49,914 bases of DNA. It comes from a virus (lineage: Duplodnaviria; Heunggongvirae; Uroviricota; Caudoviricetes). The notes beneath the pieces were generated by a model. It ran no database searches, was not told the DNA's origin, and saw nothing but the letters and a program-made list of their open reading frames with translations. Below are positions 10,748 through 21,752 of this stretch, one piece after another. Made by a program: the position numbers and the translations under genes. The stretch's first letter is position 1, and every line of letters starts with the position of its first letter. The stretch is taken from IMG/VR virus record IMGVR_UViG_2802429222_000003, one strand, 5' to 3'.

Positions 10748-11419
10748 TCAGCGACCAATCACCACAATCTGACCACCATCCCCTTCGTCTGCCGTGCTGA
10801 TCTCCTGAGAAACCACGCGTGACCCCACGCTCATTTCACCGTACAGAACCGGCAGAACATTGCCCAGGGCAACCATGTTATCCAGTGAGGAGAAATAGGT
10901 GTTCTGTTTGCCGTTATCCGTTGTCTGTGTACGGGGAGTTCTGGCTTTCGGTGCCAGCATCTGCGCCACACCACCGAGCACCATACTGGCACCGAGAGAA
11001 AACAAGATGCCGGTCATACCACCGGCCCCAATGGCTGCCCCCCATGCTGCAAGGGTGGCTCCGGCGGTAAAGAATGATCCGGCAATGGCGGCAGCCCCCA
11101 GGACAATCTGGAATACGCCACCTGACTTGGCCCCTGCGACTCTGGGAACAATATGAATCACAGCGCCATCAGGCAGAGTCTCATGTAACTGCGCCGTTAA
11201 CCCGGACGTGCTGACGTCCCGCCCGGCAATCCGTACCTGATACCAGCCGTCGCTCAGTTTCTGACGAAACACCGGGAGCTGTGTGGCCAGTGCGCGGATG
11301 GCTTCAGCCCCCGTTTTCACACGAAGGTCGATGCGGCGGCCAAATCGTTGTAAATCCCCGTAAAGGCAGATGCGTGCCATGCCCGGTGACGCCAGAGGGA
11401 GTGTGTGCGTCGCTGCCAT
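10748..11419 (-). CDS. I: tail tip assembly protein I
   Basis: 223 aa, lambda gene order and similarity. Confidence 0.9.
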   Translation of the reverse strand: MAATHTLPLASPGMARICLYGDLQRFGRRIDLRVKTGAEAIRALATQLPVFRQKLSDGWYQVRIAGRDVSTSGLTAQLHETLPDGAVIHIVPRVAGAKSGGVFQIVLGAAAIAGSFFTAGATLAAWGAAIGAGGMTGILFSLGASMVLGGVAQMLAPKARTPRTQTTDNGKQNTYFSSLDNMVALGNVLPVLYGEMSVGSRVVSQEISTADEGDGGQIVVIGR

Positions 11420-12060
11420 TTGTCGGTATACCTCTCTCGTTTGCTCAGTTGTTCAGGAATATGGTGCAACAGCTCGCCGTCGCCGCAGTAAATGGCGGCA
11501 TGATTCGGCACCGATGAACCAAAACAGCACAGCAGCACATCGCCCGGCTGCGCCGCTGACAACGGCACCTGATACAGCCCTGTGGCCTCCAGATTATCCA
11601 GATAGAGATTCTGACCGTTACGCCACCAGTCATCCTCGCGGTGAAAATCCGGCATCTCAATCCCCGCCAGATGGTAAGCGTCCCGGAACAGCGTGTAACA
11701 GTCCGTCACCCCGTGCTCAAAGCGCCGCCCGATGAGATACGGCACACAGCGGAATTTATGAATCTCCCCGCGGCAGACCAGCCACCACGGTAAATCACTC
11801 TGCACCTGCAGCCGCCGGTCGGCTTCACTCAGCCAGGGCAGACCACCGGGATGGCTGTGGACCAGCGCCACAATCTCACCCTGCATCTCTGCCTGCAGCC
11901 AGTCCTCCGGCGACATCCGGAAATACTCCTCCGGCTCACCGGAGATATTCACGCAGGGAAAATATCTTTCCCCCTCCGGCGTTCTCACCACGAAGCCGCA
12001 CGACTCCGCTGGCGCACATCGTCGGGCGTGCGCCAGAATCGCTGATTCTGTCTCTGTCAT
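11317..12060 (-). CDS. K: tail tip assembly protein K (MPN/JAMM + NlpC/P60 domains)
   Basis: lambda K-like N-terminus MTETESAILAHARR; Cys/His NlpC-type residues; overlaps I by ~100 nt; exact stop relative to lambda K not verified. Confidence 0.85.
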   Translation of the reverse strand: MTETESAILAHARRCAPAESCGFVVRTPEGERYFPCVNISGEPEEYFRMSPEDWLQAEMQGEIVALVHSHPGGLPWLSEADRRLQVQSDLPWWLVCRGEIHKFRCVPYLIGRRFEHGVTDCYTLFRDAYHLAGIEMPDFHREDDWWRNGQNLYLDNLEATGLYQVPLSAAQPGDVLLCCFGSSVPNHAAIYCGDGELLHHIPEQLSKRERYTDKWQRRTHSLWRHRAWHASAFTGIYNDLAAASTFV

Positions 12061-12065
12061 GGGAT

Positions 12066-12764
12066 TTACTGCGAAAGTTTGTTAATGGAAAGGAAGCCGC
12101 CAAAGTTGCCGACGTTATTGCGAAACTTACAGCCACTCAGGCATTTGCTGCATTTATCCTTCGTGATATCGGACGTCGGCTGGTCATATTCATCCGCGAC
12201 AGCCGGACCGTGATAACCGCACTCATCACCGCGATAGGTCCAGGTGCAGGTATTAGCCAGCATGATGCGCCCCGGAAAAACAGCACCATCCGTTTCAGTC
12301 GGCGTGGACAGTACAAAAGAGGCACTCACCGCGCTCAGTTCGCTGCACTGTTCGATGCGCCAGCGGCTGATCACCTCCTGCTCCGGATCGGCGTCGCTGT
12401 TTCCGTTAACGAAGTTCACCGCATCCAGAAAACGGGCGTAAACCTTACGCCGGACCACCGTTCCGCCGACCAGACTCTGCAGGTCTTCCGCCATACCGGT
12501 GACCATGCCGTGCAGGTTAGAGACCGTCAGCGTGGGGCGCGTACTGGTGCCTTTGCCATTCAGTTCAAAACCGCTCCCCTGAATGGGATACGGCTGATAC
12601 TGTCGCCCCTGCCAGGTGACCGGCTCACCTTTTTCGTTCTGCTCATTACAGAAAAAATAACGTTCTCCACCGACCTCTGTCAGATCGATTTCCCAGAGCA
12701 CCACGCTGGCCGACTGCTCCGCACGGGTGCATTCATTCAGTGTTTCCTGCCGGATATCCTGCAT
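12066..12764 (-). CDS. L: tail tip protein L
   Basis: 232 aa, lambda L similarity and position. Confidence 0.9.
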   Translation of the reverse strand: MQDIRQETLNECTRAEQSASVVLWEIDLTEVGGERYFFCNEQNEKGEPVTWQGRQYQPYPIQGSGFELNGKGTSTRPTLTVSNLHGMVTGMAEDLQSLVGGTVVRRKVYARFLDAVNFVNGNSDADPEQEVISRWRIEQCSELSAVSASFVLSTPTETDGAVFPGRIMLANTCTWTYRGDECGYHGPAVADEYDQPTSDITKDKCSKCLSGCKFRNNVGNFGGFLSINKLSQ

Positions 12765-13093
12765 CAGTTCACCACCTGTTCAAACTCTGCGCTGAACTCA
12801 ACACGCAGCATACTGACCCGCGACGACCATTTTGCGCAGGTCACCTTTATCTGCCGCCACTCATAAGGCGGCGTCCACAGAAAGGATTTCCAGCCCCCGT
12901 GCTCAGCCAGAAACGACTCAAGCGCCGTGGCCTCCCAACGGGGAACAGAAAGCGTCACGCTGTACGTTTTCAGGTCGGCATTCAGCCCGGCAGGCGCTCG
13001 CTGAGAATAGCCATCACCAAAGCGCACCTTTCTTACGGAAGGGGCCGAAGCCACATCCATACCGGGTTTCACTTTCCAGCGGAAGGTTTTCAT
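12764..13093 (-). CDS. M: tail tip protein M
   Basis: 109 aa, lambda M similarity and position. Confidence 0.9.
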   Translation of the reverse strand: MKTFRWKVKPGMDVASAPSVRKVRFGDGYSQRAPAGLNADLKTYSVTLSVPRWEATALESFLAEHGGWKSFLWTPPYEWRQIKVTCAKWSSRVSMLRVEFSAEFEQVVN

Positions 13094-15651
13094 CGTCCAC
13101 CTCCGGAGAACAGACCACCATCGCGCATCTGCCCGGTCACAACATCCATTGCCGCCTTACGGGCTACGTCATAAACCGCCTTCAGCGCCTGTGGCCCTAT
13201 CTGACCGTTCGTGCCGTCGTTGTTAATCACCACATGGTTATTCTGCTCAAACTTCCCGGACGCCTGCGAGCGGCTGTCCGCCATGCTGCCCGGTGTACCG
13301 ACATAACCGCCGGTGGCATAGCCGCGCATCAGCCGGTAGAGATTCCCCACGCCAATCCGGCTGGTTGCCTCCTTAGTGAAGACAAATTCACCACGGTGAA
13401 CAATCCCCGCTGGCTCATATTTGCCGCCGGTTCCCGTAAATCCTCCGGTCGCAAAATGGAATTTCGCCGCAGCTGCCTGAATGGCTGTACCGCCTGACGC
13501 TGATGCGCCGCCACCAACAGCCCCGCCAATGGCGCTGCCGATACTCCCGACAATCCCCACCATTGCCTGCTTAAGCAGAATTTCTGTCATCATGGACAGC
13601 ACGGAGCGGGTGAAGCTGCGCCAGTTCTGTTCACTGCCGGTCAGCATCGCCGCCATATTCTGCGCAATACCATCAAAGGTCTGCGTGGCTGCACTTTTAA
13701 CCTGCGACATACTGTCCGTGGCGCTCTCTTCCCACTCACTCCAGCCGGACTTGAGGCCTGCCATCCAGCTCCCGCGAAGCTGGTCTTCAGCCGCCCAGGT
13801 CTTTTTCTGCTCTGACATGACGTTATTCAGCGCCAGCGAATTATCGCCATACTGTTCCTTCAGGCGCTGTTCTGTGGCTTCCCGCGCTGCCTGCCGGTCA
13901 GTAAGCCCCCGGTTTTTCGCCTCAATGGCTGCCCGTTTTGCCCGTTGTTGCTGTGCGAACTTATCCGCCTGCTGCGCCAGCGCATTCAGGTGCTCCTGAT
14001 ACGTGACCTTATCGCCAAGTACAGCCAGCTGGCGTTTGTACTCCAGCGTCTCATCTTTATGCGCCAGCAGGGATTTCTCCTGTGCGGATAGCTGGCGACG
14101 TTGTGCCGCCTCCTCCAGTACCGCGAACTGATTTTCCGCCTTCCACAAATCCCGGCGCTGCTGGCTGATTTTCTCATTCGCTCCGGCATGCTTCTCCAGC
14201 GTCCGGAGTTCTGCCTGAAGCGTCAGCAGGGCAGCATGAGCACTGTCTTCCTGACGATCGCCCGCAGACACCTTCACGCCGGACTGTTTCGGCTTTTTCA
14301 GCGTCGCTTCATAATCCTTTTTCGCCGCCGCCATCAGCGTGTTGTAATCTGCCTGCAGGATTTTCCCGTCTTTCAGTGCCTTGTTCAGTTCTTCCTGACG
14401 GGCGGTATATTTCTCCAGCGGTGTCTGCAGCCGTTCGTAAGCCTTCTGCGCCTCTTCGGTATATTTCAGCCGTGACGCTTCGGTATCGCTCTGCTGCTGC
14501 GCATTTTTGTCCTGTTGACTCTGCTGTTCAGCCTTCTTTCGGGCGGCTTTAAGCGCAAGACGGGCCTTTTCACGGTCATCCCAGTAACGCGCCCGCGCTT
14601 CATCGTTAACAAAATAATCATCCTTGCGCAGATTCCAGATGTCGTCCGCTTTCTTAAACGCAGCCTCTGCCTTAATCAGCATCTCCTGAGCGGTATCAGG
14701 ACGACCAATATCCAGCACCGCATCCCACATGGATTTGAATGCCCGTGCTGTCCTGTCTGCCCAGGTTTCCAGCGTGCCCATGTTCTCTTTCAGGCGTCGG
14801 GTCTGGTCATCAAACCCTTTCGTTGCGGCCTCGTTCGCCGCCTGCAATGCCCCGGCTTCATCGCCGGAACGCTGCAACTGAGCAACATACGCAATCTGTT
14901 CCGCCGTCACGTTATGGAACTGGCGTGCCATCGCCGTCAACCCCGACGTCGGGTCTGTGGTCAGCTTCCCGAAGGCTTCAGCGACCTTGTCCACCTCCAC
15001 ACCGGATGCAGAGGAGAAACGCGCCACACTCTGGCTGATGGACGCAATCTGAGCCTCACCGCTTACCCCCGCCTTAACCAGTGCGCTGAGTGACTCGCTG
15101 GTCTGGTTAAACGTCAGCCCTGCCGCCTGCCCGGCTCTGGACAGGACCAGAATACGATCTGCCGTCAGTCCCGCCTGATTGCCGGAAAGGACCAGCGTTT
15201 TGTTGAAATCGGACAGGGTTGAGTTGCCCTGATACCAGGCATACGCCAGCGCACCGGTCGCCACCGCCAGCGAGGTGGCCCCGACCATCGGCAGGGTGAT
15301 CGCACCGGCAAGCCCCCTGAACATGGGGATCATCCCGCCGAAGGAGTCCTTAACCTGACCACCCTGTTGCAGCAGGATCAGCCACGGACTTTGCCCGCCT
15401 GCAAGCTGCGTGGCCACGTCGGTGAACTGTGCAGGAAGCATACGCATGGCGGCTTTATACTGTCCGACGGAAATCCCCGCTTTCTGTGCAGCCAGCGCCT
15501 GTCGGCTCAGCGACTGTTCAACGACTGCCGCTGTTTTTTTCGCATCAGTTTCCGTACCGGAAAAATGACGCCTGACTCTGGCCATCTGCTCGTCAAATCT
15601 GGCCGCATCCAGACTTAAATCAACGACCAGATCGCCTACCGGTTCAGCCAT
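13090..15651 (-). CDS. H: tail tape measure protein H (853 aa)
   Basis: near-identical to recalled lambda H, same length. Confidence 0.95.
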   Translation of the reverse strand: MAEPVGDLVVDLSLDAARFDEQMARVRRHFSGTETDAKKTAAVVEQSLSRQALAAQKAGISVGQYKAAMRMLPAQFTDVATQLAGGQSPWLILLQQGGQVKDSFGGMIPMFRGLAGAITLPMVGATSLAVATGALAYAWYQGNSTLSDFNKTLVLSGNQAGLTADRILVLSRAGQAAGLTFNQTSESLSALVKAGVSGEAQIASISQSVARFSSASGVEVDKVAEAFGKLTTDPTSGLTAMARQFHNVTAEQIAYVAQLQRSGDEAGALQAANEAATKGFDDQTRRLKENMGTLETWADRTARAFKSMWDAVLDIGRPDTAQEMLIKAEAAFKKADDIWNLRKDDYFVNDEARARYWDDREKARLALKAARKKAEQQSQQDKNAQQQSDTEASRLKYTEEAQKAYERLQTPLEKYTARQEELNKALKDGKILQADYNTLMAAAKKDYEATLKKPKQSGVKVSAGDRQEDSAHAALLTLQAELRTLEKHAGANEKISQQRRDLWKAENQFAVLEEAAQRRQLSAQEKSLLAHKDETLEYKRQLAVLGDKVTYQEHLNALAQQADKFAQQQRAKRAAIEAKNRGLTDRQAAREATEQRLKEQYGDNSLALNNVMSEQKKTWAAEDQLRGSWMAGLKSGWSEWEESATDSMSQVKSAATQTFDGIAQNMAAMLTGSEQNWRSFTRSVLSMMTEILLKQAMVGIVGSIGSAIGGAVGGGASASGGTAIQAAAAKFHFATGGFTGTGGKYEPAGIVHRGEFVFTKEATSRIGVGNLYRLMRGYATGGYVGTPGSMADSRSQASGKFEQNNHVVINNDGTNGQIGPQALKAVYDVARKAAMDVVTGQMRDGGLFSGGGR

Positions 15652-16482
15652 ACCGGACTCCTCCTGCGATCCCTTCTGATACTGTCATCAGCATTACGTC
15701 ATCCTCCGTCATGTCCGCCACATCCGGGGAAGCGGGGATAACTTCATTCCCGTCCGGGCCAAAACGAACGCCTCCGGCAAGCCCTGCCGCTTTCTGCATC
15801 AGCACATCATCTTCAGGCTCTTCGTCAGCCTCGCGCCGGTTCAGCAGACTGAAATCCAGCGGATGCATATCCGGATCGCTGAAAAACAGGCTGAGCACGG
15901 TGTACGTCAGCCCGGAAAAGTGCATATCCAGCAGAACATCATGAAAATAATGGGTACTGTAAAAGCGGTGCCAGTCGGCATACTCCGTGGATGACATCCC
16001 GGCAAGCATGGCACGCCAGTCGGGTCGCCCCATCTCACGCGCCAGTTTCAGGGCAAAACTCAGCTCACCGTCGAACACTTTCCCGCAGAAACAGGCTCTG
16101 CAGGCCCGGCGTCCTCTGTCTGTTCAGGGGTATTATTCACAACAAACTCATACATACCAGACAGCCGGTACACCACGTTTTCAGCATGAGAAATTGCCTC
16201 CGTGGGCCAGGTGGTAAGCACTTCCTGCTCAATCTGTTTAACGGCTTCATTCATGGACGGCATCTGCGTCTTCTGCGGATGGTTATGCCACAGGGACATC
16301 GCCACCAGAAACGCGCCGGTTCTGATGGCGTCTTCCACAGTAAACTTCCGGTTGCTGTCTGACTCCGCCTGTTCTGCCTGCCGTTTCATCAGGGCGAGAT
16401 GCTCAATACGCTGCAGGGCTGACAGTTCAGAAAGCGTGACGGTCACACCGTTATGTTCAAATGATTCGGTTTTCAGGAACAT
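15644..16482 (-). CDS. G-T: tail assembly chaperone G-T fusion made by programmed -1 frameshift (T-frame ORF 15644..16078)
   Basis: G and T ORFs overlap in the -1 relationship around the heptamer GGGAAAG at 16078..16084, as in lambda. Confidence 0.85.
16060..16482 (-). CDS. G: tail assembly chaperone G (140 aa)
   Basis: lambda G similarity; C-terminus ...SAGKCSTVS. Confidence 0.93.
   Translation of the reverse strand: MFLKTESFEHNGVTVTLSELSALQRIEHLALMKRQAEQAESDSNRKFTVEDAIRTGAFLVAMSLWHNHPQKTQMPSMNEAVKQIEQEVLTTWPTEAISHAENVVYRLSGMYEFVVNNTPEQTEDAGPAEPVSAGKCSTVS
16078..16084 (-). other. slippery heptanucleotide G GGA AAG for the G-T -1 frameshift
   Basis: plus-strand CTTTCCC at 16078..16084 is the reverse complement of GGGAAAG, in X XXY YYZ register with the G frame. 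Confidence 0.85.
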
Positions 16483-16497
16483 CTCTGACTCTCCGGA

Positions 16498-17238
16498 TTA
16501 ACTGGCGGTGACGGTGATTTCTGCAACCGCAGCAAACTCACCATTACCGGATACGACCGGAATGTTGACCTTACCTGCAGCAACGCCATTCACGGTGATG
16601 GTCATACCACTGACCGACACGGTGGCTTTTGTTTTATCCGCTGACACCGCACGGAAGCTCTTGTCGGTTGCGCCTTCCGGCTGGAATGCCACGGTCAGCG
16701 TGGTGCTCTTCCCTTTCACTACGGAAGCGCTGGCTGGCGTCACGGTCATACCGGTTGCCGCTGTTACCGTGCTGCGATCTTCTGCCATCGACGGACGTCC
16801 CACATTGGTGACTTTCACCGTACGGGTGATCACTTCCTTCGCCGTCACCGCCTTACCGATACTGCTGACCCAGCCACGGAACACATCGACCGTGCCGTTC
16901 GGGAAGCGGATTTTATAGGCACGGGTATCGCCTTCATTAAACCACGCCAGCAGCGCCTGCTGCCCCTGCTCTCCGGGCATCCACGCCAGCGTGAAGCTGG
17001 TATCTCCGGCAGATTTCTGCCCCTGCCCGGTCGCGGTCCAGTCTGCATCTTCATCATCGAGATAGCTGTCGTCATAGGACTCAGCGGTCAGTTCGCCGGG
17101 CGTCAGGTCTTTAACTTTAGCCAGACGCGACCAGTCAACGTCTGAAAGCGGGTTCGCATAAGGGTCACCGTTCCCCTTATAAACCCACAGGGTGGTCCCG
17201 GCCCCTTTCACCGGTATTGCTGGATTTGGTACAGGCAT
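16498..17238 (-). CDS. V: major tail tube protein V (246 aa)
   Basis: starts MPVPNP as in lambda V; track ORF has a 10-codon upstream extension. Confidence 0.93.
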   Translation of the reverse strand: MPVPNPAIPVKGAGTTLWVYKGNGDPYANPLSDVDWSRLAKVKDLTPGELTAESYDDSYLDDEDADWTATGQGQKSAGDTSFTLAWMPGEQGQQALLAWFNEGDTRAYKIRFPNGTVDVFRGWVSSIGKAVTAKEVITRTVKVTNVGRPSMAEDRSTVTAATGMTVTPASASVVKGKSTTLTVAFQPEGATDKSFRAVSADKTKATVSVSGMTITVNGVAAGKVNIPVVSGNGEFAAVAEITVTAS

Positions 17239-17245
17239 ATCGTCC

Positions 17246-17641
17246 TCACATTTCATAGGTAATGACATAAGTCATATCGGCTGAACTCCACAGGCCCGCA
17301 TCATCGTCGCGCCGGTAGTCATAGCCGCTGGCCACCATACTGGTGATCAAATCTGACAGTGCCGGGATATCACTCATCACCGGATAAATCCGGGACTCCA
17401 TCCACGCATCCAGCTCTGAATCCGGCACCTGAGCAGGCAGGAAAACTTCGATATGCAGCTCCGCCTGCCAGGTATCGCTGTCCAGCTCTTCGCCCGTGTA
17501 TTCAGCGCCGGTGAGATAAACGGCAACTGCCGGAAAATCCGCCTCATCAAAAACAGCGGGGCGACCATCAAAAAACGTCGCCCCGGTGTCATGCTTCTCC
17601 AGTGCATCCAGTACGGCTGCACGGAGTTCAGTATGTTTCAT
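17246..17641 (-). CDS. U: tail terminator protein U
   Basis: 131 aa, lambda U similarity. Confidence 0.93.
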   Translation of the reverse strand: MKHTELRAAVLDALEKHDTGATFFDGRPAVFDEADFPAVAVYLTGAEYTGEELDSDTWQAELHIEVFLPAQVPDSELDAWMESRIYPVMSDIPALSDLITSMVASGYDYRRDDDAGLWSSADMTYVITYEM

Positions 17642-18216
17642 CGCTTTATTACCATTCTCAGTTGATGCTGCAGCGCATAGCCCAGCTCTTTCGGAAGACG
17701 TTCACGCCGTATCCGTTCAATATTCTGTTTAAACGCCGTGGTCAGCGGCACCGCCATCGGGATTTTCACTACATCAATGGGGTAACGGTTTTTCCCGGCC
17801 ACACGCTGCATAACATGCCACCGGCCGTTTTTCAGTTGCTGAATAAACGCGCCGGGAATACGACGGTTTCCCACCACAAGCACGCTGCCGCCACCTTTCA
17901 GGGCTGAACGCTGCCCCTTTTTACGACGCCTGCGTCGGGACAGGACAACCCGCGCGTTACCCAGCTTGATTACGGGCAAATCCCCCCGGTTAACTTTGAT
18001 TCTGGCCTGCGGATTTTTGACCGTGGCCCTTTTCAGCCTGGCCCTTTCCTTTACCAGTTTCCGGCGCACCTTTGTCTCACGGGCAACCTGTGACGCCGAC
18101 TGCGATATCGCGGATGAAGCAACGCGGTTAATGGCCATTGCGGCGGCACCAGGCACCGCCGTTTTGCTGATACGGCTGAGGTTTTCAACGGCCTGCTCAA
18201 GACCTTTTATGGCCAT
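17638..18216 (-). CDS. Z: tail completion protein Z
   Basis: 192 aa, lambda Z similarity. Confidence 0.93.
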   Translation of the reverse strand: MAIKGLEQAVENLSRISKTAVPGAAAMAINRVASSAISQSASQVARETKVRRKLVKERARLKRATVKNPQARIKVNRGDLPVIKLGNARVVLSRRRRRKKGQRSALKGGGSVLVVGNRRIPGAFIQQLKNGRWHVMQRVAGKNRYPIDVVKIPMAVPLTTAFKQNIERIRRERLPKELGYALQHQLRMVIKR

Positions 18217-18227
18217 ACATCCCCCTT

Positions 18228-18581
18228 TCAGCGGCGACGGTTAACGGCAGGCGGTACCCCCCGCCCAAGCCAGAGATGACAGCTTCCGCCATCATCCGGC
18301 GTAACCCGATCTACCCAGAAGTTTTCCTCACCGATGGTCAGCGTGTCTCCACGCCGCAGTTGCCGCACATCATCAGTCCGGACAAACAGGGACGGGCTGG
18401 AGCCTTCAACGCGCACGCCCTGTCCGGCATAGCTGATATTTTCAGGGTCATCAAAAACACCACGTATTACTGCGCCGGACTGCTCACCGGATGTCATGGT
18501 GGCTGACGTTCCCATGTACCCGCGTATCGTTTCATCGGCGCGGGCAATGGCAGCATCGAACAGGTTATCGAAATCAGCCAC
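18228..18581 (-). CDS. FII: head-tail connector protein FII
   Basis: 117 aa, lambda FII similarity. Confidence 0.93.
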   Translation of the reverse strand: MADFDNLFDAAIARADETIRGYMGTSATMTSGEQSGAVIRGVFDDPENISYAGQGVRVEGSSPSLFVRTDDVRQLRRGDTLTIGEENFWVDRVTPDDGGSCHLWLGRGVPPAVNRRR

Positions 18582-18592
18582 AGCGCCTCCCG

Positions 18593-18988
18593 TTATTGCA
18601 TTCTGGCCAGGCCACGTTCTGTCATTTCGGCTGCCACAACGACAGAGACACGAAACGCCGTTCCCGGCAGCACAAATGCCACAGCCTCATCCCGCGTGGC
18701 GTGAAGTGCATCAGTATGCAGCGTCACCAGTGCCACAACCGTGACCAGATCAGCCGTATCAGTCACGGTATCCGGCTGCGCTGATACAACCTCATTTTCA
18801 TGTCCGGTCAGCACATTTTCCGGGCTGAGAGGGGTATCCTGACCGGCAGTGTCGCCCGTGTCATCAAGCTCTTCTTCCAGCTCTGCCACACGGAGCGCCA
18901 GTTCTTCTTTCGTCCCCGTCAGGCTGACATCACGGTTCAGTTGCTCACCCAGCGACCGGAGACGGGCAATCAGTTCATCTTTCGTCAT
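18593..18988 (-). CDS. FI: DNA packaging protein FI
   Basis: starts MTKDELIARL as in lambda FI; GGAGG upstream; track ORF has a 13-codon extension. Confidence 0.9.
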   Translation of the reverse strand: MTKDELIARLRSLGEQLNRDVSLTGTKEELALRVAELEEELDDTGDTAGQDTPLSPENVLTGHENEVVSAQPDTVTDTADLVTVVALVTLHTDALHATRDEAVAFVLPGTAFRVSVVVAAEMTERGLARMQ

Positions 18989-19029
18989 GGACTCCTCCAC
19001 AGAGAGAAAATGGCCCCGAAGGGCCATGA

Positions 19030-20055
19030 TTACGCCAGTTGTACGGACACGAACGCATCAGGGTCAGCCAGCAGCATCAGCGGTGCTGACTGAATCATGG
19101 TGAACTCACGCGCCGGATCGCCGGTGGTCACCCAGTTTTTCGGGTAGCGGGCAGAGGCGTTAATACCTTCGCGCTGTGCGTCCGCATCCTGAATGCAGCC
19201 ATAGGTGCGCAGACCGCGTGCCTGAGTGTTCCCCAGCACCATCGTGTTGTCCGGAAGGAAGTTCTTTTTGACGTCGTTTTCCACGTACTGTCCGGAATAC
19301 ACGACGATCGCCGTATCGCCATACATCCCCTTATAGGACACCGCTTCGCCCAGGTCTTTTACCGCTGTCTCCAGCTCGGAATTAGAGCCGCGACGGGTAT
19401 CCAGCTTCTCCTTGACGGCTTTGAAGGAACGGAACAGCGCCCAGCCTTTCGGATCAAACACGATGATATTCACCACACCGCTGGCGTTCAGCGCGTAGGC
19501 TTCGATATCGTCGGTCGGGTCATACGTGGACTTGTCACGCTTGCTCCACTCCGTACCGCCGGACTGCGTGATGTTATTTGCCTCACTGCGCCCCATATCC
19601 ACTTCAACCGGATCGAAGGCTTCACCGGTCATGGTGTATTTGCCCTTAAGCACGGCAGAAACTGCCTGCATCTCTTCGACCTGAGCAATGGCCAGCTCTT
19701 CGTCTCGCATGTTCTGCAGGATGATGCGACGGCGGCGGTAAGCCGGGTCCGCCAGATTCTGTGGATCTTCATCCGGCAGGCGACGCAGGGTCATCTGCGG
19801 ATTCACCTCATGCTTGGGCTTGACATATCCCGGTGTAAATTCAGAGGTGGAGCCGCCACGGGAGCGGATAACCTCACCGGAAACAATCGGCGAAACGTAC
19901 AGCGCCATGTTTACCAGTCCCGGAATTTGTGAGAGATAGACTTTCTCCGTGGTGAAGGGATAGCTCTCACGGAAAAAGAGACGCAGAAACAGCGGATCAA
20001 ACTTAAATTTCTTCTCATTTGCCGCCAGCAGCTGGGCGGTTGTGTACATCGACAT
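19030..20055 (-). CDS. E: major capsid protein E (341 aa)
   Basis: starts MSMYTTAQLL as in lambda E. Confidence 0.95.
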   Translation of the reverse strand: MSMYTTAQLLAANEKKFKFDPLFLRLFFRESYPFTTEKVYLSQIPGLVNMALYVSPIVSGEVIRSRGGSTSEFTPGYVKPKHEVNPQMTLRRLPDEDPQNLADPAYRRRRIILQNMRDEELAIAQVEEMQAVSAVLKGKYTMTGEAFDPVEVDMGRSEANNITQSGGTEWSKRDKSTYDPTDDIEAYALNASGVVNIIVFDPKGWALFRSFKAVKEKLDTRRGSNSELETAVKDLGEAVSYKGMYGDTAIVVYSGQYVENDVKKNFLPDNTMVLGNTQARGLRTYGCIQDADAQREGINASARYPKNWVTTGDPAREFTMIQSAPLMLLADPDAFVSVQLA

Positions 20056-20110
20056 AAAAAAATCCCGTAAAAAAAGCCGCACAGGCGGCCTTTAGTGATG
20101 AAGGGTAAGG

Positions 20111-20443
20111 TTAAACGATGCTGATTGCCGTTCCGGCAAACGCGGTCCGTTTTTTCGTCTCGTCGCTGGCAGCCTCCGGCCAGAGCACATCCTCATAACG
20201 GAACGTGCCGGACTTGTAGAACGTCAGTGTGGTGCTGGTCTGGTCAGCAGCAACTGCAAGAATGCCAACGGCAGCACCGTCGGTGGTGCCATCCCACGCA
20301 ACCAGCTTACGGGTGGAGGTGTCCAGCATCAGCGGGGTCATTGCAGGCGCTTTCGCACTCAATCCGCCGGGCGCGGTTGCGGTATGAGCCGGGTCACTGT
20401 TGCCCAGCGGCTGGTAATGGGTAAAGGTTTCTTTGCTCGTCAT
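20111..20443 (-). CDS. D: capsid decoration protein D (110 aa)
   Basis: starts [12 protein letters not shown] as in lambda D. Confidence 0.95.
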   Translation of the reverse strand: MTSKETFTHYQPLGNSDPAHTATAPGGLSAKAPAMTPLMLDTSTRKLVAWDGTTDGAAVGILAVAADQTSTTLTFYKSGTFRYEDVLWPEAASDETKKRTAFAGTAISIV

Positions 20444-20452
20444 AAACATCCC

Positions 20453-21058
20453 TTACACTGGTGTGTTCAGCAAATCGTTAACGGCATCAGATGCCGGGTT
20501 ACCTGCAGCCAGCGGTGCCGGTGCCCCCTGCATCAGACGATCCAGCGCAGTGTCACTGCGCGCCTGTGCACTCTGTGGTGCTGCGGCCAGAATGCGGCGG
20601 GCCGTTTCCACGGTCATACCGGGGGTTTCTGCCAGCACGCGGGCCTGTTCTTCGCGTCCGTGAGCCTCCTCACAGTTGAGGATCCCCATAATGCGGCTGT
20701 TTTCTGCCGCAACCGCAGCGGTGATCTGCGCGTTCACGTCCGGCTGCGCCGCGCTGGCGTTTTCGCCCTCCGTCGCTGGCACCACGTCAGTAACGTCAGC
20801 CTGCGAAGCAGTGGCTGAAACAGTTGTTGATTGAGTCTCTTTGGTCATTCGCCCTCCTGAGAGACGGGATTTACGCGCATCCAGTGCATCACGCATGACG
20901 GTGATCGCATCGGTGCTGTTAACAAGTTCATCAGCCAGTCCGGCATCAATGGCCTCCTGACCGCTGTACACTGCAGCCTCGGTATCCAGCACAGCCTGCA
21001 CAGACAGGCCGGTATATGCCGACACCTTCTGCGCAAACATCTGGCGGGTTGCGTCCAT
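20453..21058 (-). CDS. Nu3: capsid scaffolding protein Nu3 (in-frame C-terminal 201 codons of C)
   Basis: internal Met (MDATRQMFAQ...) 201 codons before the shared stop; based on lambda's nested C/Nu3 arrangement. Confidence 0.6.
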   Translation of the reverse strand: MDATRQMFAQKVSAYTGLSVQAVLDTEAAVYSGQEAIDAGLADELVNSTDAITVMRDALDARKSRLSGGRMTKETQSTTVSATASQADVTDVVPATEGENASAAQPDVNAQITAAVAAENSRIMGILNCEEAHGREEQARVLAETPGMTVETARRILAAAPQSAQARSDTALDRLMQGAPAPLAAGNPASDAVNDLLNTPV

Positions 21059-21752
21059 CCGGGACTGCAGTGTCTCCCGGACGTCATCCGGAAGATGGCT
21101 GTAGGGATTGCCATCCACCTTATGGCTGCCGCTGTAAATCAGCGTGATTTCCACACCCTGTTTCTCCAGGGCAGCACCGTAATTACTGTGAGCCATCATG
21201 ACGCCGATGGAGCCTGTCCGGGCGGTCTGCGTGACCAGACGCCGGGAGGCGGCGCTGGCAAGCAGCTGACCTGCACTGCAGTTCATGTCGTTGGCAAGCG
21301 CCCATACCGGTTTTATGTCACGCACACGGGCGATGATGTCAGCGCAGTCAAATGCCCCCGCCACCATTCCGCCTGGCGTGTCCATATCGAGCAGAATGCC
21401 GTCCACCATCGGGTCGCTGGCAGCCTGTTGCAGACGGGCGATAATGCCGTTGTAACCGGTCATCCCCGAGTACGGCTGCAGCGCCCGCGTCCGGCTGACC
21501 AGCGTGCCGGACACCGGCAGCACGGCGATGCCGTTCATGACCTGATAACTGCGGGCCTGTCGTGGTCCGTCATCATCACCGGATAATGCCAGCGTCGCGA
21601 GTGCCTCCTGGGCAGTCAGGCTGTCGCCGGACACCGCATCCGTCAGGCGGCTGATCCCAAGCTGGCCTGCAAGCGCACAAAAGAAAACCCGCGCATAGGC
21701 GGGTTCAAGCATCAGCGGCTCATTAAAGGCCATGCTGGCAATATGCGGGAGA

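Noticed and set aside
12210-12866. 218-aa plus-strand ORF across L and M
   Set aside because: Antisense to two conserved tail genes
13481-15093. Several plus-strand ORFs (13481..13999, 14101..14475, 14515..15093) inside H
   Set aside because: Antisense to the lambda-like tape measure gene; low-complexity products
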